Shown here in pieces: positions 1 to 11,482 of a stretch of DNA of 33,312 bases (position 1 is the stretch's first letter; each line of letters opens with the position of its first letter). Position numbers and translations under genes: made by a program. The notes below the pieces were generated by a model. The model was not told the origin of the DNA, ran no database searches, and worked only from the letters and a program-made list of their open reading frames with translations. Source of the stretch: Bigelowiella natans CCMP2755 (taxonomy: Eukaryota; Protista; Cercozoa); assembly GCA_000320545.1 (NCBI GenBank), contig ADNK01002337.1, forward strand, positions 1-33,312, given 5' to 3'.

Positions 1-201
1 GCCATCTATCTGGAAATGGAGGTTAGGGGCGTTAGAAATTGGGGGGGGTCCGACATATTAATACGTTGTTCTATGGGTATACATAAGCTTTATAGAGGCC
101 CCCAACATCCAGCGCCGAGGAAAAACGGGTAATCTGCTCTGGTGTGAGCCCGAGAGCCGTGTTTTTACCATTTTCACCCGGCACATCAACCTCTCCTCAG
201 C

Positions 202-951
202 GTCCAGGACGTCGCCTCTCTCATTGCTCACGTGAGCGGGCTGCTGAAGGAGTGCGCACAAGGGGCTGGTGGTGACAGCAATGAAATCCTGAGGAGAGTC
301 TCATATTTTCAATGGTTTGCAAACCAAACATATCCTCCTCCTCCTCTTTCTCCTCCTCCTTCTCCTCCCTCCCTCCCCCCTTCCCCGTCTCCCGCAAGTT
401 GTGCCGAGAGCTGTAGCGGTCTCTTCTGTGCAGTGATCGGCTTTTTGAACCGAAACGAACCAAAATCGACGGATTTGTGCCCGTCCCCCCGCGTGCGACT
501 GCAGGCCGCGGTTCCAGAGCAAACACCCCGGGAGGAATCACGGAAGGAGGATGGCGATAGCTTATTAATTCGCTATTCTCATTCTCGCCTCCGGGGTTGG
601 AAGCCTAAGAATCCTCCTCCTCCTCCGGCGTACATGATTCTTGACTTTTCCGTGTTGTCGCTATCATTTGTCGTTATCGTCATTGCACCATCACCCAAGG
701 ATATACACCCTAATTGTCCTTTGCTTCAGGTTCTCGGGGCTTAAGGCGTTGCGAGCCGAATCACAGAGCAAATTTACCGCATTCATCGAGCTGATCTTGG
801 CGCATCTTAGAATCAACGAGGAGGCGGGGAGGGGGGGAGAGGGCGAGGAGGAGAAGCAGAAGCGGGCAATCGGAAACAACAAGCTTCCCATAACGGACGC
901 CGACACTCGCGACTGTGCGTGATAATAAGACATTGGCGAGTGGATGAGATA

Positions 952-982
<31 letters not shown>

Positions 983-1599
983 CGATGTTTACGATGATGA
1001 TGATGATGGTGATTGATGATGATTATGATTGGAATAATGATGATGATGATGGTGGTGGTGGTGGTGGTCACTTATTCGCCATCTATTTCTTGGGCAGATG
1101 TCGCTGTGGAGCTAGAGACAGGATTTGACCTACACAGTGCTTTCAAAGAAGGCGATCTGCCTTGCACGTTCCTCGCCGGCGACCCTATAACGCCCTCGGT
1201 CGGTGATGATAGTTCAGCAGCAACACATCACAACAAAGCGTGCTCGGTCAAAAACTGAAATCGGCGCAAACGCGTCACTCCTCATTCTCACATCTCATCA
1301 TTTTTCGCTCTTCAGAATGGCCAATGATATAGTACACGTCTCCTATGCAGGTTCTCGACTTTATCTTCTACGGCGGGCGCCGGCTTTCCCTGACCGGCAC
1401 GTTCCCCCCTATTGATACCAAGGACCTACGTGCGGGGGGGGGGGGGGGTATCCCTTCGCGGTTCATGCCGAGTGACCACCTGAGCATCGTCGCCAATTTT
1501 AGGCAGAAGCTTGTTAGTAGTGCAGAGGCGGAGGATAAGGGTGGTGATGATGATAATGATGATGATGATAATGATGATAATAATGACAAAGGCTGCTGA
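202..1599 (+). CDS. EEP-superfamily phosphoesterase, CCR4/nocturnin/Angel/PDE12-like; 3' exons only, 5' end lies outside the window
   Basis: Phase-consistent exons 730-914, 1098-1198 and 1351-1599 give FDLHSAF...TFLAGDPITPS|VLDFIFY...IPSRFMPSDHLSIVANF, matching the LxSAY / LDYIFY / PSDH motifs of this family. Stop TGA at 1597-1599. Exon limits upstream of 730 are uncertain. Confidence 0.85.
945..1066. repeat. (GAT)n/(GGT)n microsatellite in an EEP intron
   Basis: Direct reading; it generates the poly-M/poly-H/poly-D artefact ORFs. Confidence 0.95.
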
Positions 1600-2537
1600 T
1601 TCAGTCGATGCATCGTACGTTAGTGCATGATAATCATAATAATCAAATAAAATAAAGGGGGCAGTAAAATCACCATACGTCACTGCCAGAAGTACATACT
1701 AGCACATGTTGGATGTAGAGCACGACAAGGAAAGGACAAACATGAGACAGCCCAGCAGCTGCTTCATATTTAAACGCGCCTTATGCAATTTCATCAAACG
1801 TGTAATGTAGCCGACATGCATTAGTCCGTGGTGCAAGCTCTAAGAATGTCCGTCGCCACATAGCAACAGACGTATGCGTTGACGTAAATGCTAAAAGCTA
1901 CGCGATTATACACACACACAGAGAGAGAGAGAGAGAGAAAGAGAGGGAGAGAGAGAGGTACTGCATTCACACATGCATGCTAGCTTGTCTAGTAAACTAG
2001 AGGTGTATTATATGTACATCGTAGTGTGCTGGTACACAAAAATAAATGATTAAATAATAGCACGCTCATACATGATTGGCAGGCGTGTGCATATACGCTT
2101 CATTTGACGTGTCGCATTGCTTGTGCTGCTTTTTATTTATCTTTCATCTTGCGATGATTGATCGAATGCGGAGCATTTTTTTCTCTTAATTGTAGACATC
2201 ATCGCGTGCACTAATTAAAATTCTTCTTTTTTATTCTCTCATTACTCGGTTTCTACTTGCTTAGCTGTCCACTGTGTCGGAGGAGGAGAATGACGAGTTG
2301 GAATTCACAGATGTGCGCGATTGCTAGCCGGAAACAACAGTGAGTGAGTCCTCGTCGCACACATGCACACTTGCACATGTGCGACGCACACACAGCAATA
2401 GAAGAAATTTCAATTCCAATGCTCTCAAGAGTTCTTCACACGCACATGCAGACATGTACACAAAGTGCCGGCATGCACGTACGTACACGCTCAAGAGCCT
2501 CAATGCCCTCGAACAAATGCTCAATTCCCGCTTGCTT

Positions 2538-5046
2538 CTAGCTGCATTTTTCGTTCCAGAGAAGATCAACGTCCGCCTTTCTCCTCAAAACCCGAGGGAT
2601 CTTGAGCTGATTGGCAGCCCCCCCGCCAGCAATTAGCGTGTCCCGCAGGCCCAAGAATGCGCCGCTATTAACCTGAACGACCCTGGCAGGCTCTATGGCC
2701 CCCTTCACTCGGAACGATTTGTAAATCGGGTTGGAACGCTGGATCTGAAACGCCATGGGCACAGAACACACAACGCGTGTCATCGTTAATACGCAAGGGC
2801 CGAAAGTAGAAGAGTCACATAACACACGTGCACTTATTTCTTATTTTGTTATATGATCATACTTCTAGATCCAAAGCCTTCACGTCGGTTCCGGTCAGCT
2901 TGCTGCCATCCTCCAGCTCGACGAAGACCACATAGTGTGGTGTCGCGGCAGCATCCCGATGTAGGTACTCTGCGCAGGCATAATCGACCAAACGCGAAGA
3001 AGAAGAAGACGCCCCGTCCCCCTGCTCATCACACAAGGGGAAACTCTCATGTACAGCTCGTTCAAATCTAAGTCGCGCGTTGTTGCCAAAGAGTAGAAAC
3101 CCTACGACTCGCGGCGGCCCGCCAGCGCTCGCACAACACGCACTCACCAGCACCACATCTTCATGCGAGAGCATTCCGCGGCGCGACAAGAAGACGTAGA
3201 CCATACCTTCATCGTGGGGGAGGATCTCGAAAACACGTTTCTGATCGACTCCATGACCATAGTCTCCGAGGTCTTTTCGCCGCGCACGTTGAGCATCTGC
3301 CCCGTGCGGTACCGGAACTCCACCTACCACCACCCGCACAACAACAGCATCGCGCGGCAAAACAAACCACCCACCATTAACTGAGGGAAAGAGGCAATCG
3401 CAAGGAGGCAGGATAAACAGCACACGAACGAGGAGGAGCAAAGCTCGCACCACACAGAGACCGATGATGGTCATGGTTAGGTAGGGGGGGGGGGGGGGAG
3501 AGAATGCCTGTTCTACCATGGGCGCCTCGTGGTGGAAACCACCGATTCTCACGACATCACCTGAATGAAAACAACAACCCCGGAAGCAGGCGATTCATTC
3601 CAATCACGAGAACATACAGCAGCAATGATTTAGACAGCCGGCCGATTATTGAGAGAGCGAGAAATGGAGAGGGAGAGAAAAAAGGGAAGAGATATGGCCT
3701 CAGAGCTTCAACCGAATCGATATCTGCAGAAGCCACTCAGATTCGTCATGACCAATTCGTATTCCTCGCCCACCTTCACCTCTCTACTCTGAGAAGAGGT
3801 AGGCGTCACATGCAACCAGAATAAAGAAGGGAGCAAGAATCGACGCATATACAGGGGGGAGATACTATCATGGCTTGCTCTCCGTGCCAACGCGAGACCG
3901 AAAAATGCACGGGAAAGATCTAATCATGGCGTCTGCAGCTTGAACACTTTATGCTCACCGAGCGCGTCGGAGGTTGAGCGAGGTGCATGTCCTTCGTGTC
4001 GATGAATTCGAAGACCTTTTATTTAATACCCGTCATCCACAGCCAAGTAAGCACCGTATGATGACGTTTTTTTCTTATATTTAGGCGTGTATATGCACAC
4101 CGAATACGGTCTATTTTTTGCACCCGAGGTAGCTTTCGGGTGGGAAGTGTGTTTTTGTTTTGTTGCGGCATTAAAAAAGGAAAAAAAGGGCCATCCAAGC
4201 CCTGGCCCCCTTGCCAAAAAGCAGCATCAGTAGTTGCAAGCACATCAGGAGTCGTTCATCCTTATCTTCATCACCCTCATAATCATCATCTTCTTCTTCA
4301 TTTTCATCGCCCTCGCACTCATCACAGCTCTCACCATGGCCCGCGGGACGAGGGTGTAGAGGCTCGTCTTCCGTTCTCTAGTTGCTCCTGCTTTTGCGAC
4401 GGTGTGGGGGGGGTGGAGGTTGACGGCAATCAGACCCTCCGTCGCTCCGTAGATAGGAGAGTAGTTGGGAATGCCCTTGGTGAACGTCTCTTCCATCTTC
4501 TCCGCATACAGGCTAAAGGCGCCGGTGCTCACGCAGAGGAGTAGTTTCATATCAGGCCATAGTTTACGTGCGAGCCCAGTGGTAGCAGCATCGACGTCCC
4601 TCGTCATCGCCGATGGCCTTGGAGCAGGAGAAGAGGGAGGCGAAGGCAATAATGACGATTCGCCGGTGATATTACTGCCGGTTTTAAGGATAACGTCATC
4701 GGAGAGACCCAGTGCCGCTGCCACTGAGAGACACAAACAAACACGCATCACGCGAAGGTACAACCACTCTTGGGAGTTTCTGTGGACGGGCGACATGGTT
4801 GCAGTGAGACGCCGACAACAACGATACGCCGAGCGATGTGCGGGGAAGAGAGAAAGCGGGCGGTATCCACCTTCCTTGGCTCTCACGGGATTGGGAGAGA
4901 GCTGACCCTCCAGCTCCGCACGGGTCTCGGGGGGCAGGCGGCCGCAGATCTCCGGGTCGATTTTCCCCCTTTTTTTGACGAAGAAAGAACCAGTTTGTGG
5001 ATCGCTGCTCAGGCGACAACGCAAAGCTCTCTCTCGCGCACACGTA

Positions 5047-5086
<40 letters not shown>

Positions 5087-5089
5087 CTC

Positions 5090-5134
<45 letters not shown>

Positions 5135-5429
5135 AACTAAAGACACGTGTAGGGCGAATGGAGTCCGGGAAAAACGCATTATGTTATGATCTAGGTGTCA
5201 TCCTCTTTGCTCCCTCAAGTGCCTATGTGTACGTTGCTAGGTCCCGGACGAGCTGTCGCGGAGTGCGTGATATCTGGGCGAATAGCGTGTACACGATGCT
5301 GCTGAAGTTGGCCTCCAGGATGCCGAGCTGCGATGGGGAGAATTGTGGGATTTATCATCCACAACAGGGCTAGGGATCCGCACACATTCCAACGCAAATA
5401 CACACACAAACACGCATACATAGATGCAT

Positions 5430-5479
<50 letters not shown>

Positions 5480-6746
5480 TAAACAACACACATCATCACA
5501 CGGTACAGCTGCCCTTCATAAGCAACCCCCTTCCCTCTCAGATGCGACCTTTCTATCCCTTAGCGCGAACAACGTGTGGAGATACAGTGCTGCAGGCTCA
5601 TCTCCACGAATCATATATGCGGCCTTTGGGGTGGAATAGAGTGGAAGCAGCCTGAGGAGAAGAAGGAGGAGGAGGGAGGCAATAGTAGGTAGGGAGAGGA
5701 GTGCGCGCGGGGGGGGGGGTAGGGTGAGATGCTCGAGCGAAAAGAGAGACATGACCCTGTGTGTGTGTGTGTGTGTGTGTTTTGTGTGTGTTGTTGTTGC
5801 TGCTGCTGCTGATGATGATGATGATCCTGCAGCAGTGAAAGCCTACCTTTGGAAGGATTTATCGCCAGGGCTGCTGCTATTTGGGCCGATCCGGAGGCCA
5901 GACTCCGTCACGGAGTAACTCGGCAGATACGTCAGCTGCAAAGATCATCATAAGGAGGTCTCAGACATGCAGCTCACAATCACAATCAGCTCAAAATCAG
6001 GGTGCATATATCAGAAAACATCGACGCCGAGCGGTGAATTGGTTGATAAAAGAGGGAAAACGGCCGGCACAGCGACGCTTATGACGTACAACAACATAAC
6101 ACAGAAGATATATGCAACAGCACATTCTCATACAAATCGATGAACAGCCCTTCCCCGCCCCCCATCTCACCTTGCAGGTCTTCTGGAGCTGCACCGCCTC
6201 CGGAAATCTGAAGAAGGCGTTCCATACACCAAAAAGCGCCAAAAGCACAGGTGACAAAGTGAATACACCCATGCTCTGTGCGAAGAAACTTAAGAAAGTG
6301 AGCGCGAGAGAGAAAGGGGGGGGGGGGGGGGGGGAAGGGGGGTGTAGCAGTGTGGACAGCAATAGAGAAAGACATAGGGAGAGACTGGGGAGGGGAAGAG
6401 GAGAGGGGCTAGGTAGTAGCGCTACTCATTGAAGAGCGTGTCGAACACAGGAGCAATCCCTGCACAATGAGCAGCAGTAGCAGCAGCAGAAGAAGAAGAA
6501 GAAGAAGAAGAAGAAGAAGAGGAAAAAAGGAGAAATCAGTTCTGGAATGATAGAGATATGATTTATAGCAGTCCGTTGAAGAAGATATGAAGAAGAAGAA
6601 GAAGCAGCAGCTGAAGGGACTCACCTTGCAAGAAGAAGGTCTGCCGTTGCTTGTGCGTCGTCGGCAGCAGGCTTCTACGCGAGTTATTGTTACATTAGCC
6701 TTCTGCTACGTTCTTTCACTTCTACTTCTGGTCACACTACTCTCCC

Positions 6747-6795
<49 letters not shown>

Positions 6796-7466
6796 CTCTC
6801 TCACTCCTACGACACTGAGTGCCCTCTCTTTTGTGCATCTGCGTTGTTGCGCGAGGGTGGGAGGCGAAAGAAACGCAGAGCGAGGACGGTTGCGACGAGG
6901 ACGTACGACAATAACGACGATAATGACGTAATGGCTGGGGGCAAGCGACCTGTTCCCCGACGTTCCACTCGTCGCTGCTAGTAGATCGACCTGCGATTTG
7001 GTAGATCGAGAAGAAACGAACCTCAGAGCACGTAGCGAGAAAATTAGTCGCGCAGCGCTGGAACGGCGGGCTGTTGGTCAACGAATCGATCATACCGCAT
7101 CAGTGGTGAGCGCTTTGCTGTCCTCCCCTGTTCTCATCTTCTCGATGTAGCTCCGATACGTCTCGTATCTGTTTCGGATGGAAGCGAGGGGGAGAGGAGG
7201 AGGGGGGAGGAGGGAGAAGGAGGAGGAGGAAGGGAGATGGGGCACGAAGTAGAATAGAAGAGCTTATGCCTGCGTGCTAACCTAAAGCGAGGAGATGAAG
7301 TTGTCATACAGGCCCATATCACCGTACTCACATGCAAGCAGCAGCAGTACCTGGTCAACGGCATAAATTTTTTATAGGCGTCAAGCAAGTTTTCTCCGGA
7401 ATCGTCGGTCCGGGCCAAGAACTTGCCGAAATCATGGTCTCTTTTGATATGTGCGCGCGTGCGACG

Positions 7467-7502
<36 letters not shown>

Positions 7503-8166
7503 AAGCTATGCATGTTTATGAGGGCATGAAGATGGCGTTTATGATGGGAACGACATCGACAACGGCGGAGATTTTTTTCCTATTCGATTCCTTACCTTCC
7601 AAACAACGTGTCTTTATTCTTTTCCAGCAGATCACGTAGAAGCTTTTCCTGCAGTTGCGCCGTTTATGATTAGTTGCTATCCCTTCGACTACTCCCGACG
7701 AATTCACCCCCCACATGAGCTTGCTGTATCCATCGAGGGGTGTGGTTGTTTTCTCAGGGGGGGGAGGGGGGCGGGAACCTGGCACGTTTGAAAGTTTTTA
7801 CAGTCTTCTTCCAACTTGCCTCTCGCCCATCGGCCTGCAATCGATTGAACAATTGAAGAAGAGGAGATCATGAGAATTTATGATGGTGAGAGATGCGTGT
7901 TTTTCCACGCACCGAGCACAGCCATTGCCTTGAACGTGACGTACTGATAGACCGCACTGCTAAAGGTATGTGTTTCGGAGCTAGGGAGGAAGGCGGGGGG
8001 GAGGGCATGCGAAGACACACAATCTCAGTCAGTCCTCTTCGACGAACAACAAAAACAAACGACGGGACGTGCAGCACCATGTCATCTGCGATGCTGAGTA
8101 GCCAACATAGGCGGTACAGGCCGCTCCGCTAACCAGGCCGAGCGCGAGGCGGGGGCGGCGCAGCAT
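2538..8166 (-). CDS. GH3-domain protein (GHDC-like acyl-adenylate-forming enzyme), about 20 exons
   Basis: Spliced translation: MLRRPRLALGLVSGAACTAYVGY...GRWARGKLEEDC...QEKLLRDLLEKNKDTLFGR...YETYRSYIEKM...LLAATSGTSGNRSLLPTT...GLRIGPNSSSP...ALYLHTLFALRDR...LGILEANF...LWPDMKLLLCVSTG...YSPIYGATEGLIAVNL...VFEFID...EYELVMTNLSGFCRYRFGDVV...QMLNVRGEKTSE...LVDYACAE...PHYVVFVEL...NPIYKSFR...QLKIPRVL. GH3 motifs occur in the correct order and most junctions are GT-AG and phase-consistent. Confidence 0.92.
5049..5130. repeat. Compound (CT)n(CA)n microsatellite in a GH3 intron
   Basis: Direct reading; representative of many similar intronic CA/GA/TA tracts in the window. Confidence 0.95.
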
Positions 8167-8253
8167 GCGATCTCTGGTCGCGGTGTGGTCGTCGGGAGAA
8201 GGGCGAGGATGGGTGGATTCCAGTGGCTGTCCGACGCGCCCTCAAAGACATGC

Positions 8254-8333
8254 CGTTTCCAACCCTGCGACATCGATGGCGACTGAAAATTTATAGCGAC
8301 CTCAATGATAGGTCGTTTCCAACCGTGAGACAT
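8254..8333. repeat. Two 20-bp direct repeats (CGTTTCCAACC[C/G]TG[C/A]GACAT) exactly 60 bp apart, upstream of the GH3 start
   Basis: Copies at 8254-8273 and 8314-8333, 18/20 identical. Confidence 0.8.
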
Positions 8334-8703
8334 TTTAGATTTCTTAGGAAAATCTAGGAAATGACCTCAGAAAAGGAGTTCCATTGAGAGAAATTCAGAA
8401 ATAAATAGGGATGTCAAGAATGAATGAAACTTTGGGTTTCGGAGAAAGTGGCGCAAAAAAAGGAATCCAGGAACAATCAACGACATCATCCACACGGATT
8501 CACATGTGGTTATTTTCAGTGGCTCTCACAAACAAAAATGAAAAACAGAGCCCATTTAATCTTGTCACCCTTCGGGCAACGCCTTTGAGTTATTGATTAT
8601 TGCTGTTAGGGCTCTTATAATATACCAGATTCAGTTGACGGTGTGATCATCCCTAATTTGCTGCATCCTGTTCTTCCAGGCCGTTGCTTCGTTAAAAAAT
8701 TTA

Positions 8704-9052
8704 GAAACATCCCGGATTTGTCTTACGACAGGATCACTGCCTTTTTCGTGAACGACAGCGCAGCATGCAGAGTGACAAGGCATGATGACCCAGCCTTGTG
8801 TTCCTCTATGAAGCTGAGTGCGCTGAATTCCTTCTGACGGATTTCGGAGCCGAGATCTCGTGGCAAACAACAATGCACACGCTCACTCTGGGCGTCATCT
8901 GTGGGTTGCTTGTGCGAAATTTGATCCCAGCATGTGTGCGAAAGTTCAGAAAGGTTTGAATCCTTGGAATCAGTTCCAACGAAGACTGAAAGGCCATGGA
9001 CTTGCCATTCAAGAGAGGGCACAGCCATGCAAGTTTTCAAAACGCGAAAGAT
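8704..9052 (+). pseudogene. Internally deleted, frameshifted paralog of the 11222-12539 locus
   Basis: Collinear blocks match 11222-11297, ~11327-11371, ~11533-11568 and ~12411-12539. About 160 bp and about 840 bp are missing. The ATG at 8872 reads MHTLTLGVICGLLV, then frameshifts and stops. Confidence 0.85.
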
Positions 9053-9612
9053 GCTTTTTTTGTTAGTTTGGAATCAATTGTCCCCTCATTTGCGGGAAAT
9101 GACTTGCAACAACATTGCATCTAAACATGACTAGATGAGCGTGCCCATCTGAGGCGACCGCATGCATTCAGCATGTGCACATCACCGCACATGCTATGAA
9201 CGCCCAAATCTGTCGTCACATGCAAATGGTGGCGACTAATGTGTCACATTGTGACCAAATGCATTACCATCTTGCAACGACTACGCCTTTTGCATGATGC
9301 CGGCTAGCCGGAGTGCTGACATCAGCGCAGCATGTAATATACATATGAGCTCATTTCGTTCGGAGACTCGGTGGCGTGGATACATGTGCATGCATATATG
9401 TGCATGCATCATGTGCATGAGCGTGTGATGGGACATCGTCTCTTCACACAGGTATTCTGGATATATTCCAGATTGAAAAAGTCTCCAGTTATACGCCAAC
9501 AGCTACATTACTATATAAATTAGGCTCGTCATGTGTGCATTGACAACCTATACCACACGATCACAATCGCAAAGCCTCGGTCAGCGCATTCCAACGCGAG
9601 AATTCACGAAAG

Positions 9613-9881
9613 CTACATCCTACTCTCCGTTGGGAGTTTCCAAACAGCCAAAGCTTCCATTCCCTTGCGAGCTGTGATGGGCCAGCAACAAACAATAGGA
9701 ACAATAGCACATCCATCATTCAAACATATTGGTAGCACGTAGAGCAGGCACGAGAAGAAAACAGGTAGCAGTAGCACGCGTGCAACGATTACATTCCACA
9801 CTATCCTTGACGTCCTCTTCGATGGACACCAACTCGAATCCTGCACCCTTCACCAAGTCCTAATGACACATAGCAACCAAG

Positions 9882-9927
<46 letters not shown>

Positions 9928-10832
9928 TATGTGTGTGTGTAGTGGGAAGATTGCTGTGAGGGCGTTTTTCATTGTTCACCCATGCAAAGGCATAGGCTTT
10001 CGAGTGTATTTCATGTTTCGGACGCCCAACTTTACTATTATGATTACATCACTGACCGCGACTAGTTTCACGCTCATGGCGTATGGAGGGCCGCCTTGTT
10101 TGTCCACGATGGGAAAGATTAGCGTTACGAGCCGTCCGGTCCGTTCCTTTACTAATGTAGCCATCTGCTTCGCCCAATTCTCTCGGAGCTCTGGAGGCAG
10201 GGCGCAGAGAAACGTGTAATCAAAGACAACGTCGAACTTCGAATCCGGCTTGAACTTGAAGAAGTCGGCACAGATGTAGTCAACCTAATCCCGCCCGGGA
10301 GGGGGAAAATATTTAGGTAACAAGCAAGCATAGCTTCACAAACTCACGCCTTGCGGCGACGATGAGAAAAGTGGAACTCCACCGACATTCTTAGCATCAA
10401 TCTTCTGCTCATCGCGGTAGCTCTTTGCTGCATCTACGGCGCGCTCAACAATGTCCAATCCTGTCACTTTACGCTTGCCGTCCTCGCTCAGAGCAATGCA
10501 GTCGTAGCCCCGGCCGCAACCTGGCACGAATCCGGTTCCTGATTTTATTCAGGGACCCACTCGGTGATGACTTCGTTTTTCATACGAGGGAGGACTTGAT
10601 GTTGGACACATACCAGCTGGAAGAGATGATCTGATGCGAACCAGGGGTGGGGAGGCGTGGCCGAGGTCAAAAAAGTCGCCCTTTTTTACGCCCTTTCCCC
10701 AGAAGTTATCGTTCCAGAATTTTTGCTGTTGAAATTATATGATCTAATTGACTATGTAGCTCTGTGGTGGTGCGTCTAAGTGGGCCACGTGAGGACCTGC
10801 TCAAGCTGATTCGAGGCGGAGTTGGTAGACAT
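9613..10832 (-). CDS. SAM-dependent halide/thiocyanate methyltransferase (TPMT / HOL-like family), 6 exons
   Basis: Spliced translation: MSTNSASNQLEQ|QKFWNDNFW...FDLGHASPPL...|GTGFVPGCGRGYD...VTGLDIVERAV...|VDYICADFFKF...FDVVFDYTFLCALPPELRENWAKQM...LVTLIFPI...GGPPYAMS...|GFELVSIEE...|RKGMEALAVWK. These match the VPGCGxGxD, FDYxFxCAxxP and GGPPY motifs of plant HOL enzymes. An in-frame upstream ATG lies at 11024. Confidence 0.92.
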
Positions 10833-11419
10833 GGACACGAGTTGCTGTCCGAGCCTTGTACTTCCGTAGTGTGAAGGAGGTAACAGAAGGAAGGTTAGGG
10901 GAGCGAAGAACTGAAGCGAGCGCGTGCTTGAGAGTCTTCCAAGTCTTTTGCTGATCGTAGTCGTAGTCGCTGCGGTCGTTCTTAATCTGGGGAGGGCTGG
11001 CCGAACGCGTGAGCTGAACGCCATAGAATTGTGCGTTCCTGGCGACAGGGTCAATTCGACTTATTATCGCATGAATTCCATGCGATCGACATCCTAAACA
11101 CCATGTCGTAGGGAAGAAAAAGACCCGCTTAGTTCGGAACCTAGGAAGGCCGCATGCAACATTGGAAAAAAGACGAGAATCGCCTCGATTTGTCTGGGGC
11201 ATTTTGATGATCAAAAGAGAGGAAATATCCCGGATTTATCTTTCGACAGGATCAGGGCCTTTTTTCGGAACGACAGCGTAGTATACAGAGTGACAAGGGA
11301 GTTTCGCTGGAACGACAGCGAATAATCCTTCTGATTTCTTCGGAGCCGAGATCTCATGGCCAACAACAACACAGAGGAAAAATAAATGGTTAGATTGCTC
11401 ACAACTCGAAAGTACACAT

Positions 11420-11464
11420 TACCAACCCGCCATACCGATCATACCCAACCCGCCGTACCGATCA
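11420..11464. repeat. 22/23-bp tandem duplication (TACC[C]AACCCGCC[A/G]TACCGATCA x2) 18 bp before the ATG at 11483
   Basis: Units at 11420-11441 and 11442-11464. Confidence 0.85.
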
Positions 11465-11482
11465 GCCATCTACTCTCCATTC

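Noticed and set aside
1-60. GGTTAGGGG at the left end as a telomeric repeat
   Set aside because: Single occurrence, no array.
691-1128. ORFs with poly-M/H/T/CV/SL/ER runs here and throughout the track
   Set aside because: Translations of intronic microsatellites.
8254-8333. Repeat-spacer-repeat pattern as a CRISPR array
   Set aside because: Only two imperfect copies, no cas genes, eukaryotic context.
2538-10832. GH3 next to a SAM methyltransferase as a possible metabolic gene cluster
   Set aside because: Only adjacency supports it; HOL-type enzymes act on halides and thiols, not GH3-type carboxylates, and no other pathway genes are present.
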